From assembly GCA_918797485.1 (NCBI GenBank), contig CAKKNE010000006.1:2170001-2234000 (forward strand): DNA of 64,000 bases, in the 5' to 3' direction. The notes beneath the pieces were generated by a model, which was given only the letters and a program-made list of their open reading frames with translations, had not been told where the DNA came from and did not search any database. The first letter of the stretch is position 1, and each line of letters opens with the position of its first letter. Shown here one piece after another: positions 10,156 through 20,389 of this stretch. The translations under genes were made by a program, and so were the position numbers. Origin of the DNA: Pelagomonas calceolata (Eukaryota).

Positions 10156-11346
10156 ATGGTCGCCATAGCGGTCGGGCTGGGCGCCCTGCTGCTCCGGGCA
10201 GCGGCGGCCTGGCACCCGACGCCGCACAGTAAGGCGCCGAACGCGACGGCCGGCGAAGAGCTCTTCGAGCGCGCGGTCGCGGCCGTGCGGGGCTGCGCCG
10301 CGCAAGACGACGCGTACCTCTCGTGCGCGCTGGGCACCGAGGCGGGCGCGTGGGACTTTCACTTCCATCGCTTCGGGCCCGCGCAGATCACGAACCCCAC
10401 GGGGCGCGGCGGGCAGCTGACGCTCGTCGAGGGCTTCGACGTGCCGCACTGCACGAGCGCGCGGGCGCCGGGCCGCCGGATCCGCCGCGCCTGCCCGCTC
10501 GCGCCCCGGGGCTTCAACGACACGGAGGCGGTCCTCCTCACGCACCCCTGGGGCGGCAACTTCCAGCATTACGTGTTCGAGCTGCTGCCCCGGGCCTGGC
10601 TCGCCGCCGAGCTGTTGCGACGGGCGCGTCCCGACGACGCCGAGCCCGCGTTCGTGGTCCACCTGCACAAGTACCGGCGGACGGGCTTCTTCGCGGACGC
10701 CGCGCGCCTGGCCGTGGGCACCGAGATCGAACTTGTTGTTGATCAGGAGGGCCGCGGGGGCTTCCGGAACGTCTGGGTGCCGCCCTACGTCGTCGAGAAC
10801 TTCCGGAGTTGGTCCGCGCTGGGCCTGAAGGCCCTGCGACATATGCATGCGAAGGCCCAGGAGACGTACGTAACGAGGCCGCCGCGGCCCGGGACGATCG
10901 TCTACTTCACGCGCCGCGACGCAAGTGCCGGGAAGGGACGGGCCCTGGTCAACGAGGCGGAGCTCATCGAGGCCCTCGCGGGCCGCGGGGCCCGCATCCT
11001 GGACTTCAGCGCATTCCCGACGCTCGGCGACCGCGTCCGCGGCCTCGCCAACTACTCCGTCGTGGTGACGCCGTTCGGCGCCGGCTTCGCGAACTTGGTT
11101 TTTGCGCACCCCGGCGCGCGGTGGCTCAGCGTCTGCCCGCCGACGATGTGCAATTCGCACGAGCGGTTCTTCCTCGACCAGCTCACCAGCGCCCTGGGCT
11201 TCCGGACCGGCGTGCAATACACGGCCGCGACCGCCGCCCGCGCCGTCAACGACGGCGGGGGCGGCGCCGGCGACCCGAAGAACGTGCCCTACAGCGTCGA
11301 CGTGCCCGCCGTCGTTCGTGCGGTCGAGGGGCTCGCGAGAAGTTAA
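10156..11346 (+). CDS. Glycosyltransferase family 61-like protein
   Basis: Signal peptide; NFQHYVFELLPR, RALVNEAELIEAL, TPFGAGFANLVF (HGAGLxN-like). Confidence 0.8.
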   Translation: MVAIAVGLGALLLRAAAAWHPTPHSKAPNATAGEELFERAVAAVRGCAAQDDAYLSCALGTEAGAWDFHFHRFGPAQITNPTGRGGQLTLVEGFDVPHCTSARAPGRRIRRACPLAPRGFNDTEAVLLTHPWGGNFQHYVFELLPRAWLAAELLRRARPDDAEPAFVVHLHKYRRTGFFADAARLAVGTEIELVVDQEGRGGFRNVWVPPYVVENFRSWSALGLKALRHMHAKAQETYVTRPPRPGTIVYFTRRDASAGKGRALVNEAELIEALAGRGARILDFSAFPTLGDRVRGLANYSVVVTPFGAGFANLVFAHPGARWLSVCPPTMCNSHERFFLDQLTSALGFRTGVQYTAATAARAVNDGGGGAGDPKNVPYSVDVPAVVRAVEGLARS

Positions 11347-11688
11347 CTATGTGGTCGCTATTATTATTGCGCTAGGACCAGACCTCTAATTACAGCCGGT
11401 GCGCGCTACTTTAGCCTGCTAAAAGTGGTAAATACAGGAGCACCAAAAATTCCACACCACGAGTCCTGGAGCCCGGGCGACGCGTGCACCAAGCCGCGTC
11501 GGGCGTTCAATTCCCCTCTAGAAAAAGAACCGAAATCAGGCAAAGCCCCCCGAGGGTGGCCGGCCAGGCCTGCAGGCCGGGCCGCCCACAGAGCAGAAAG
11601 GTGCCGGTACTGCTCGAACCGGCATTGGGTCCGCCGCCCGACGACACGTGCGCATCGATACCGCATCATCGAGGCTGCCCCAACTGCG

Positions 11689-12144
11689 ATGGCTACCTCC
11701 ACTAGACCTGCCTGGATTGCGGCAGCAGAACGACGCCTCGCGGGCGCACCAGACGTTGTGGAGGAAGCGCCACGCGCCGCTTCCGCCGCGGCGCCGCCGT
11801 CGCCGCGCGTGCCCGAAACGGCGGCGCCGGTCGTCACCGCCGCGGCGCTCGAGGCCGAGTACGAGGCCGCGCTCGCGGCCGCCTCGGCCGTGAACAACGA
11901 CGACGGCGACGCCTCGGCCGTGAACAACGCCGCCGACCGAATTGCCGCCGCGGCGCACCGCCGCCGCGGCGCCCGGGCCGCGTTCCTCACGGGCCTCGGG
12001 GAGGAACCCGACCACGAGCTCTACCCGAACTATCAGCACGAGCGGCGCCTGCGCCGCGCCGCGGGCGAGTCGGACGAGGCCTGGGAAAAGCGTATGCTGG
12101 CGGGGTCGCCGACGCGACGGCGGCGGCCGCCGGGGGCGGGTTAA
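11689..12144 (+). CDS. Hypothetical Ala-rich protein
   Basis: ATG at 11689 within ORF 11425-12144; coding-like GC3; internal 18-bp duplication GCCTCGGCCGTGAACAAC (11881, 11911). Confidence 0.45.
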   Translation: MATSTRPAWIAAAERRLAGAPDVVEEAPRAASAAAPPSPRVPETAAPVVTAAALEAEYEAALAAASAVNNDDGDASAVNNAADRIAAAAHRRRGARAAFLTGLGEEPDHELYPNYQHERRLRRAAGESDEAWEKRMLAGSPTRRRRPPGAG

Positions 12145-12157
12145 ACATACAGCATTA

Positions 12158-14038
12158 TTATCTTCTATGCACGACGCGGTCTGGCGGCCGAGCTGTCGTG
12201 TCGGCGCATTGCCGCCGGAAGGCCGCCTCGTCGAGGCCGAGGCAATAGGCGACTCGTGCGCGCGTGACCTCCGACTGCCGATGGCCGTGGACGGCGCGGC
12301 AGGCGTACGCGCCGCGCGAGTTCCAGCCGTGCCAGGACGTGTTCCAAGTCGGTGGGCGCGCGGCCGACAGCGGGACGTTCGGACAGTAGTAGTCCTCGGG
12401 CAGGATCAGGAGGCGGAGCCGGCCCGCGAGGTTTTCCTGCCACTCATACCACAGCATTTCCTGGTCACCCTGGCGCACGTGCGCGTGCCGCTTCGTAGCC
12501 AGCCGGTCGGCCGCGCCCAGGAGCCACGCTTCGACCAACGGGGACTTGGTGAGGCGTAGGACGCACGCGCAGAAGGGCGGCGCCGCGGACGCGTCGGCCC
12601 CCCACGTGGAGTGGGCGAAGTAGCGCGCCGGGTCGACCGGGGCGGCCGCGTCGGTCTCGAGCGCTAGCAGCGAGTGGACGAAGGTCGGTCGCAGCACGAG
12701 CACGTCCGTGTCCAGGGACAACGTCGCCTCGAATGGGCTCTGGAGCCACGCCGACAGGCGCCAGAGCCAGATATTGTCCTCCGTCGCCGCTGCGCGCGCC
12801 TTTATGCGCGGGTCGACTCCAACGACGCCTGAGTCGTCCCACGGCGCGGGTGCCGCGGCACGAGCCAGGCGAGCGAGGAGGTCCCCTGAGCTCGCCGCGA
12901 GGAATACCGGGTAGCGCGACGCCTGAACCGCGACGCGCCGGGTGAAAGTCAGGCTCGCGACAACGTCGCGGACGTAGCGGTCCGGTGTGCCCCCAGGGCG
13001 GTCCCATACGGCGTATAGCACGCCGGCGGCCGCAGCGAGGCGGCGGCGTGGCCTCCTGTTGTTCCCGTTCCGCACGATCTCCTGGGCATGCGCGAACTCC
13101 GCGGCCGAGAGGGAGCCTGCGGCGCGCAGCGCCGCGAGCCGCGCCAGCGGGGCGTCGGACGCCGTCGCGTTGCTCGCGGTCGACCCAGCCGTCGGTCTAG
13201 GGACCAGCGGCGGCACCGACGTCGGACCCTCCGGCGCGCAGGAGTTGGGGGGCGCCGGCCACGCCGCCGGGGCTTCGCCGCTCTGCTCCGCCAGGGCTGG
13301 CACGACCACGACCTTGGAGAACGCCGCAGCGACGCGTTCGATGTGCCCCACGACTATGAAGTTCGGCGGCGCGTCCTCAAGCGCCGCCCACGCGTCGAAC
13401 GTCCGACCAGCGCTGGCCAGGTAGGCAACGCTCGACCAGACGAGGCAGTCGCGCCCCAGCGCGCACCATGGCCTCCGACTGACGTCGCATGCGCACGCGC
13501 AGCCGCGCCCGTCGTCCCGGGACCACGTCGTCCCCGGCGCCCGCTCGCCCCCGAACCCCCACCCTAGCCGCACGCTGAGCCACCCCGCGGCGCGGAGCAC
13601 CGTCGCATCGAACTCCGCCAGCCGCGCGCGAGACCACGGCGGCGCGGCCGTCGCGACCGCGTCGTCCTCGAGCACGAGCACGGTCGCGTTCAGCGCGAGT
13701 GTCTCCCGTGCGTCTTGTAGCACTGCGAGGTGCGTCAGCGTCGCACGCGACTGCTGCCGCGTCGCACCGTCCACGCGCGCGCATCGGTCGTAGCGCAGGC
13801 CGTCGACGACGAACGCATGGCGCCACGCGCTCGGCGCGAGCTCCGGCGTCCGCTCGCAGCGCCGCGCACAGAGGACATACACGCGCTCCACCAACCCGCC
13901 GATGGCCGCGAGCGTCGATTCGTCGCGTTGCGTGCCCTGGAAGGGGCGGAGCGCGCCTTGGCACTGGCGCAGTGGCGGCGCATTGAAGCGGCCATGCACG
14001 CAGTGCAGCGCTGCGACGATTACGAGCGCGATGCGCAT
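12158..14038 (-). CDS. Secreted tandem glycosyltransferase-like protein (GT25-like + SHOCT-like helix + GT-A/GT8-like)
   Basis: Signal peptide; VLVLEDDA; LARLAALRAAGSLSAAEF; SPFEATLSLDTDV and GDQEML. Confidence 0.7.
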   Translation of the reverse strand: MRIALVIVAALHCVHGRFNAPPLRQCQGALRPFQGTQRDESTLAAIGGLVERVYVLCARRCERTPELAPSAWRHAFVVDGLRYDRCARVDGATRQQSRATLTHLAVLQDARETLALNATVLVLEDDAVATAAPPWSRARLAEFDATVLRAAGWLSVRLGWGFGGERAPGTTWSRDDGRGCACACDVSRRPWCALGRDCLVWSSVAYLASAGRTFDAWAALEDAPPNFIVVGHIERVAAAFSKVVVVPALAEQSGEAPAAWPAPPNSCAPEGPTSVPPLVPRPTAGSTASNATASDAPLARLAALRAAGSLSAAEFAHAQEIVRNGNNRRPRRRLAAAAGVLYAVWDRPGGTPDRYVRDVVASLTFTRRVAVQASRYPVFLAASSGDLLARLARAAAPAPWDDSGVVGVDPRIKARAAATEDNIWLWRLSAWLQSPFEATLSLDTDVLVLRPTFVHSLLALETDAAAPVDPARYFAHSTWGADASAAPPFCACVLRLTKSPLVEAWLLGAADRLATKRHAHVRQGDQEMLWYEWQENLAGRLRLLILPEDYYCPNVPLSAARPPTWNTSWHGWNSRGAYACRAVHGHRQSEVTRARVAYCLGLDEAAFRRQCADTTARPPDRVVHRR

Positions 14039-14221
14039 ACTCGCAGCATGTGACGGGCTGCCCGAGTTGCGAGGTAGCTAGAGACGACGGGCTCTAGACT
14101 TATAATTTCCCGCTCCAAGCTTAAAATCAGATTCTGTACCCAGCAACCAAGGGGGACTAATATACACGTATACTTAGACGCCCTTGGAGCTGCCCGAGGG
14201 CTGCCCATAGGCATAATATGC

Positions 14222-17200
14222 ATGCTTAACCAACACATGGGCGGCAGTGCCTGGCGGCTGCTCATTTGCGCCGCCTGCCAGGCTGCCGCGGTGACGTGCC
14301 CGGCAAATGAGGGCTCGGAGGCATGTCGTCTGGTGCCGCCCGCGGCCGGCTACACGCGTCATGGCATAACTCTAGACGCGCTCCGGTCGTCGGACTGCGT
14401 CGTGGTGACAACGACGATGCGCCACCCCGGCAGGGGCATCGAGATCGCCGCGCAGCTCGCGCGCGCGACGCCCGTCGTCGCCCCAGATGCCTGCTGCGCG
14501 CGCTTTGTGCCTCTGACGTTCTGCCGCGAAGAGGCTCGCTTACTCGATGCGAACGGCACGTGCAACGTCTCCACGGCGCGCAACACCGGCAAGGAGGCGA
14601 TGGGACTGCTGATCGCGTTCTCGGACGAGGTCCTACGACCGGCGCTGGCGCGGGCGTGCGGCGTCCTCAGCGTCCCCGAGACGGCAATGGACCGCGTGGG
14701 CCGCGACCGCGAGCGCCGGGCGACGCGGATCGCGCGGACCTTGAGAAGCGGCGTCGCCGTCGGGCCCTACTGGAGCGGCGGGGCGTTCCGCCAGCATGGT
14801 CAATTCCACTGGAGGCCGCCGCTCACGTACAAGGCGTGGACGCTCGACCCGGCGTCGCCGGCCACCCTGGGAGAGTGGGGCCGCGCGGTCCTGCCGCCGG
14901 ACGCCGTGGCGCGGGCCGCCCGGGGCAACTGGAGCACCGAGTGGTCCAAAGGCGTCTTCTTCGTCAACGCGACGGCCGCGCGCCGCTACGCGGCCCCGAC
15001 CTACGTCCGCTTCATGCGGGAGCTCGCTTTTCCGCACCCGGCCGCGGGCCACTTCCTGGAGCGTCTCTGGCGGGCCCTCTACGGGGCCGAGAGCGCGGCG
15101 GCGGCGCGCGTCGCCGAGGATCGACCCGTCATCGGCGCCTCCCGCGCGCTCGGAGCGGGCACTGACTGGTGGGCGAACCTGTCGACGCCGGCGGCCGCGC
15201 GCTACCAGTACGGCGGCGATCACGCCAGCGCCTGCGCGGACGCGCGCGCGCGGCAGCGCGCGTGGCGCAGTGCGTACGAGCACGCGGGGTGGGTCGCCGA
15301 CGCGCCGGACCTCGGCGTGTGCGAGCCGCGCGGCGCGCCGTGCGTCGAGGATAGCCTCTCTGGCTGCTGCGACCGCGGGCCGGTCCCCGGGCCGGCGCCG
15401 CCGCGGGCAGGTTCCTTCGTCGCGGTGTCGCTCGCGTCGTCCGAGGCGCCCTGCGCAGTGCGGCAGAGCGTGGTCGACGTGCTCGCCGTCGCGGTGCCGG
15501 CGACGCTGGTCGTCATCCACGTCGGCTGCTACTCGCCGGCGTCGCCCGCGGACCGCGTGGCGCTCGCCGACGCGTTCCCCGGTCGCGCCGTCCTGAACCC
15601 CGCCTGCGTGCCGACGCTCCGCGCCTACGGCAGCATTCTCCACGCGCACCTCCGCAACGTCAAGTTTTTGGCGGCGCTCTACGGGTCGAGCGGTCCGTCC
15701 CACGTGATCCTCGCGGCGGCGAACCTCGCGTGGCGCGCGCGGGGCTTCGAGGCGTTCGCGGTGCGAACGGGGGCGTCGGCGCTCGCCGCCCCTGCCTTCC
15801 GGCGCCTCGACCGGAACCGGACGTTCGACGCCGCCGACGGCGACTGGGCGCGCCTCAACCGGACGCGGGCCGGGGACGGCGTGCTCGTGCAGAAGCACGA
15901 GGGCGCGTTCTATCCCTTTGCCGTGCTCGAGCGGATGGTCGCGTTCCTCGAGGCCGCGGGCCCCCTCGGGCGCCTGAACGCGCGGACGTGCCTCGGCTGC
16001 GCCGCGCTGCCCGGGCTCTGCGTCGAGGAGCTCTACCCGGCGAACCTCTACCGCCTCCTGACGGGCGCCGGTGGCGCGCCGTGCGCCGCCGACGACGCGT
16101 GCCGCCCCTGGGACGGCACGCTCGCCGCGCGCGCGGACCACCTCCGCCCGGGCGACCTCGGCGCGACGAAGTTCGCCGTCAAGGACTGGCGTCACCGCGG
16201 CTGCGACGGGGCGCCCGAACCGGACGCCGCAGGCCCCGCGGCCCCGCCGCCGGTGTCAGCGTTCGACTGCGCGTCCGACGACGACTGCGACGCGGCGCGG
16301 CGTGAGCGTTGCGTCGGCCGGGGCGAAGGCCCGGGCGCGGCGTGGCCGGGGCAGTGCGTCGTCGAGGCCCCGCCGGCGCCCTGGGCCTTCACGTGCGCCT
16401 ACGCCTACCCGGCGGTCGGAGGCGCCGTCGCGGGCGCGCCCGTGGTGCCCGACGGCGCGCCGTGCCTGACGCTCGTCGTCGACGCCGCGCCGCCGCGCGT
16501 CGCCGCCGCGCCGGCGGTCGCAGTCCTCGTGGTCGGGCTTGCGGAGGGCCTCGACCGGCCCCAAGTTTACGAGAGGATGCGGAGCTGCTTCCTCCGGAAC
16601 TTGGGGCGCCACGACGTCTTCGTGAACCTCGAGCTCGCCGCGGACCCCAAGACGCTCATGGCGGACGCGCGCTGGAACCACGCGGGCCGCGCCGTCGGCG
16701 CGCGGGACGTGGCGCCGGCGCTCGCGGCGCTGCGGCCGCGCCTCGTGACGCTCGGCGAGCCGCGCATCGAGGGCTTCGCGGACGGCGGCAACGCGTGGAA
16801 CCGAAGCGACTGGTACTCGGGCACGCGGCACGACACGCACTGCGGCGGCCGGGCGTGGAAGGTGGACCTCCACTACGGCGCGGGCCGCGCGGTCCGTATC
16901 TACGACCGGTACCGCCGGGCCATGCTCCTGGTCAACGCCGCCGAGCGCGCGGACGGGCGCCGCTACGACTGGGTCGCCAAGCTGCGACCGGACCTCTTCT
17001 TCGCCGCACCCGTCGGCTTCGCGGACGTCTTCGGGGACGCGGGCGCCAACGTCGCGGTCCGCTGGGCGTGGTTCAACGCGGTGTCGCGCGACGCCGCGAC
17101 GGCGGGTTTCGTGGACGGCGCGCTCACCTACTGGCGCTGCGCCGGCGTCGAGGGCCTGCCTGGCCACACGACCGTCAAGGACGAAACGTGGCTCGCCGAG

Positions 17201-17362
17201 TCGCTCCGGCGCGGCGGCGCGCCGATCAGGCACGGCGGCGCGGAGCTTCGGGCCGCGATCTGCCTGCTCCGCGCGACGCCCGATGACGACTCGCTCTGCG
17301 CCGCCCGCCGCCGCGCGAATTCTTCGGCGATATCCGCGTGCCCCGCAAACACGCGCTCGTAG
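14222..17362 (+). CDS. Large secreted multidomain glycosyltransferase-like protein (DUF3431-like N-terminal domain, C-terminal YDWVAKLRPDL domain)
   Basis: 1046-aa ORF with signal-like start; NTGKE and GHFLERLWRALY motifs; YDxVxxxRPD motif. Confidence 0.65.
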   Translation: MLNQHMGGSAWRLLICAACQAAAVTCPANEGSEACRLVPPAAGYTRHGITLDALRSSDCVVVTTTMRHPGRGIEIAAQLARATPVVAPDACCARFVPLTFCREEARLLDANGTCNVSTARNTGKEAMGLLIAFSDEVLRPALARACGVLSVPETAMDRVGRDRERRATRIARTLRSGVAVGPYWSGGAFRQHGQFHWRPPLTYKAWTLDPASPATLGEWGRAVLPPDAVARAARGNWSTEWSKGVFFVNATAARRYAAPTYVRFMRELAFPHPAAGHFLERLWRALYGAESAAAARVAEDRPVIGASRALGAGTDWWANLSTPAAARYQYGGDHASACADARARQRAWRSAYEHAGWVADAPDLGVCEPRGAPCVEDSLSGCCDRGPVPGPAPPRAGSFVAVSLASSEAPCAVRQSVVDVLAVAVPATLVVIHVGCYSPASPADRVALADAFPGRAVLNPACVPTLRAYGSILHAHLRNVKFLAALYGSSGPSHVILAAANLAWRARGFEAFAVRTGASALAAPAFRRLDRNRTFDAADGDWARLNRTRAGDGVLVQKHEGAFYPFAVLERMVAFLEAAGPLGRLNARTCLGCAALPGLCVEELYPANLYRLLTGAGGAPCAADDACRPWDGTLAARADHLRPGDLGATKFAVKDWRHRGCDGAPEPDAAGPAAPPPVSAFDCASDDDCDAARRERCVGRGEGPGAAWPGQCVVEAPPAPWAFTCAYAYPAVGGAVAGAPVVPDGAPCLTLVVDAAPPRVAAAPAVAVLVVGLAEGLDRPQVYERMRSCFLRNLGRHDVFVNLELAADPKTLMADARWNHAGRAVGARDVAPALAALRPRLVTLGEPRIEGFADGGNAWNRSDWYSGTRHDTHCGGRAWKVDLHYGAGRAVRIYDRYRRAMLLVNAAERADGRRYDWVAKLRPDLFFAAPVGFADVFGDAGANVAVRWAWFNAVSRDAATAGFVDGALTYWRCAGVEGLPGHTTVKDETWLAESLRRGGAPIRHGGAELRAAICLLRATPDDDSLCAARRRANSSAISACPANTRS

Positions 17363-17428
17363 CGATTAAATGTGCCAGTGTTGTCCGCGTGAGTACTTGC
17401 TTGTAGTACATACATTCAAAAACCACAA

Positions 17429-18962
17429 TTACACAAAGGTCCCTGCGTCCGGACTTGCGTCCGGCGGCGCCGCGTCCGCGTCCGCGTCCGCCGCGGGCGA
17501 CGCCGCCCGCTTCGGCCGCACGGCCCGCGCCAGCGGCGACACGATCCGCTCGAGGGGCTGCCTTGCTAGGCCGCGCGCGACCTGGGACGTCTCTCTATGG
17601 ACGTCGGACACGTCGAAGAGCACGCGGCCGACGCCGACGCCCGGCGGCGCCCGCCCGACGCGCCGGTGGCGCCAGAGCCGCCGCTCCCGCCGCTGCACCT
17701 CGTAGAAGTCGCCCCAGGCCCCGAGCCAGCCCTCCGCCACCCGTCCGAATTGCGCCGCGGGGAAGGCCCAGGCGTGCAGTAGCGCGAAAAGCAGCATCTC
17801 GACGCACATTAATGTGGCTTTGATCGCCGACTGCACCGCGGGGTCTTTTGCTGGACGCGCGAGGAAGTAGGCGCTGATCCCCAGATCCTGGAAGAACGTG
17901 CCAAAAACTAAACCCTTGACTGCCACAAACTTCCAGAAGGGCTCCGCCGGCACCAGTATGTTCGACTTTTTGCACGTCGCGTAGTAGAACAAGACCAGAC
18001 AGTAGATGGCGTGGTTCGCCACGTTGAACTGCACGAAGTCGAGCCAGTTCTTGGGCGAGAGCAGGGCCGCCGTGACCTGTGTGGAAATCGACCAGTACGC
18101 CATCGAGCTGCCGCGGTCACGGCGACAACGTCGCGTCGATGGCGTGGGGCGCCCGAAATTCGATTTCCACACAGGCCGTGACCGAGGCGTCGTCCGAGCT
18201 CGCGAGGCTCCCCAACACGTCGACCAAACCATTCAACGGGGCGACCGTCGCATAGAGTAAAATGACGTAGCGGCACTGGTCGAAGAAGTCGGAAGTGTCC
18301 AGCCGCCAGGGCGCCCAGACGTAGGGCGACATGATAGGATGCGAGACAATCGGGTAGGAGATGTCCGGCGTCACTATCGGAGTATGTGTGACAGGCACGA
18401 CGTCCTCCGTCCGTAACGCGTTCTGGAGCACTTTATAAGGCGGCGCGTCGAAGTGGACTTCTAGATAAGTCGACATAAAATAAAAAAAGTTCAGCACCGT
18501 GTAGGCCTCGTAGCAGTCCCGGAGAGCCGCGGGGATCGACGCGAATTTCAACATGTCCGGCGCGCCGTGGATCGCCGCTAGGGAAAAAGCCAGCTCACAC
18601 AACGAACAGATCGCATAGACGGGCACCATCCACAAAATCCTCACCACATACACTTGGAGGACCGGCTGCCAGAAATTCGTGAGGTGCTGTCTGATACCAT
18701 GTATGGAAATCGGGATCGAGATGCCCGCGAAGATTAATGAGACGGGCAGCAGGAACTTGTCCGGCGTGGCCTTTCTGTAAGCTGCGAGCCAATAGAGCAT
18801 GGCCGGTAAGGCTGCCGCTAATAGGAGCATGATAAAAAGTACTAAACACACGTAGGTCGCCTTTTCCTTCACGACGTGCCGTCGCTGTAAGCGCTCATAT
18901 AACTCGTCATCATCTGTGTCGTCGTTCAGCGGTGCGCTGAGTTCCGTCGGGTCCGGCTCCAT
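17429..18962 (-). CDS. TMEM184: TMEM184/OST-alpha family transporter; exons 18962-18183 and 18076-17429 (475 aa)
   Basis: LQVYVVRILWMVPVYA, RDCYEAY, KFVAVKGLVFGTFFQ, LMCVEML. Removing the GT..AG intron 18077-18182 joins the two ORFs in frame. Confidence 0.9.
18069..18182 (-). mobile_element. Introner (MITE-like intron): 98-bp element 18077-18174, 15-bp perfect TIR, 8-bp perfect TSD
   Basis: GCCGTGAC (18069-76) CTGTGTGGAAATCGA ... TCGATTTCCACACAG GCCGTGAC (18175-82); inner inverted repeat ACGCCATCGA/TCGATGGCGT. Confidence 0.95.
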
Positions 18963-19155
18963 GGTTCTGCCAGCCGATGCGCGCCGCAGCCGCGCGGATG
19001 CTCTGTTTGACCAGGGTGTCTGAGAGCCCGCGGCTAAGGGGCGTAGCGCGAGGGCTCGTGGAATGAACTGAGAAGAAATAAATGACCCAGTAACTCGTAC
19101 AGGCCCGCAGGGAGACCACGGAGGCGCACTTTTGACTTTTGGCCTCCGAGCATAG

Positions 19156-19176
19156 CTAGCGCATGTAAGACACTAG
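19156..19176. promoter_or_regulatory. CTAG-N13-CTAG intergenic motif
   Basis: CTAGCGCATGTAAGACACTAG between divergent starts. Confidence 0.6.
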
Positions 19177-19438
19177 TCCGGCGCTGTATTCGCCTCCTGA
19201 GGCAGTATATCGACGGATAGAGGGCATAAAGCTGCCACACGCATCCCACGCGAGGCGCACAAACCTTTTGGGGCTGCCTCGACGCCACCGACGCGCGCCC
19301 AGCTGCCCCACCAAGAGCCCTGCCAAACAATACGCCTGTCGTAGCGGTGGGGAATATCCTTTGGGCTGCCCGACGCGATATATAGGCTGCAGAGTAAGCC
19401 AAGGCCAAGAATAGCTGCCAGAGCAAGCCAAGGCCAGA

Positions 19439-19915
19439 ATGTCAGACATCCGAGTGACCGTGCCACCCTTGGACGAGCTCAAGGAAGCCTTTGCGAAATT
19501 CGACACGGAAAGCTCGGGCGCGATACCGGTCCACGACCTCGGAGCATTATTGCGCTCCGTCGGCGTCGTCGAGCTCAAGGAAGATGACCTGCAGGCGCTG
19601 ATTAGTGAAGAGATGTTCGACAAGAATTTCGACCTGCCCGAGTTCTTAGCATTAATGGTCGAGATCGGCCACACGCTGCCCGCGCCCGGCACGGAGAAGA
19701 AAGAGCTGCGGAAGGCCTTTAAGGCTGCCGATTCTGACAAAGACGGCTACCTGACGCCCGACGAGCTGCGACAAGCGATGGACGGCATGGCCGCCGAGCC
19801 GTTGGGAGATGACGAGTTTCAAGTCATGCTGGATGAGTGCAGGAGGGACGCGGAGATCGAAGAAGGCGAGCCGATAAAAATCGACGCGGCGGTGCGGTTC
19901 TTCCTGACCTCATAA
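19439..19915 (+). CDS. Calmodulin/centrin-like EF-hand protein
   Basis: ELKEAFAKFDTESSG, ELRKAFKAADSDKDGYLTPDEL. Confidence 0.85.
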   Translation: MSDIRVTVPPLDELKEAFAKFDTESSGAIPVHDLGALLRSVGVVELKEDDLQALISEEMFDKNFDLPEFLALMVEIGHTLPAPGTEKKELRKAFKAADSDKDGYLTPDELRQAMDGMAAEPLGDDEFQVMLDECRRDAEIEEGEPIKIDAAVRFFLTS

Positions 19916-19963
19916 AATTGTATATGTGAGACGAGCACTTAAGGGGAGAAAAGGGACAAAAAT

Positions 19964-20389
19964 TCACTCCTCGGCGTCGCCCGCATCAGCCATCGCGCGC
20001 GCGTCCTCGCGCGCCTTCTTGCACGCGTCGTAGGCGGCCTTGCACTTCTCCTCGACCTCCTTCGCCTCGGCCGCGAGGCGCTCGGCCTCCTTGCACTTCT
20101 CGGTCACCGTCTCGCGGTCCTTGCGCTCGATGGCCGCGAGCGCCTCCTGGGACGCCTGCTGGGCCTGCTGCGAGAGCGACTCCGCCTCGAGCGCGTACTT
20201 CTGGGCCTCCTGGGCGCGCGCCTCGATCTCCTCGACGGCCTTCAACGACATGCCCTGGGAGAGGTCGGGCCGCGGGTCCTTGGCGAGGTAGGGAGACACG
20301 GGCGTCCAGTTGCGCCAGCTCGCGGGGTCGCTCGCCGGCGCGTCTGCGGGGGGGCGGTCGCGTCGCCGGGCGTTTGCGGTCGCGCGCAT
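19964..20389 (-). CDS. Hypothetical coiled-coil protein (5' end uncertain)
   Basis: 141-aa ORF, E/K/A-rich helical C-terminus with strong GC3; ACACAAATG start context. Confidence 0.65.
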   Translation of the reverse strand: MRATANARRRDRPPADAPASDPASWRNWTPVSPYLAKDPRPDLSQGMSLKAVEEIEARAQEAQKYALEAESLSQQAQQASQEALAAIERKDRETVTEKCKEAERLAAEAKEVEEKCKAAYDACKKAREDARAMADAGDAEE

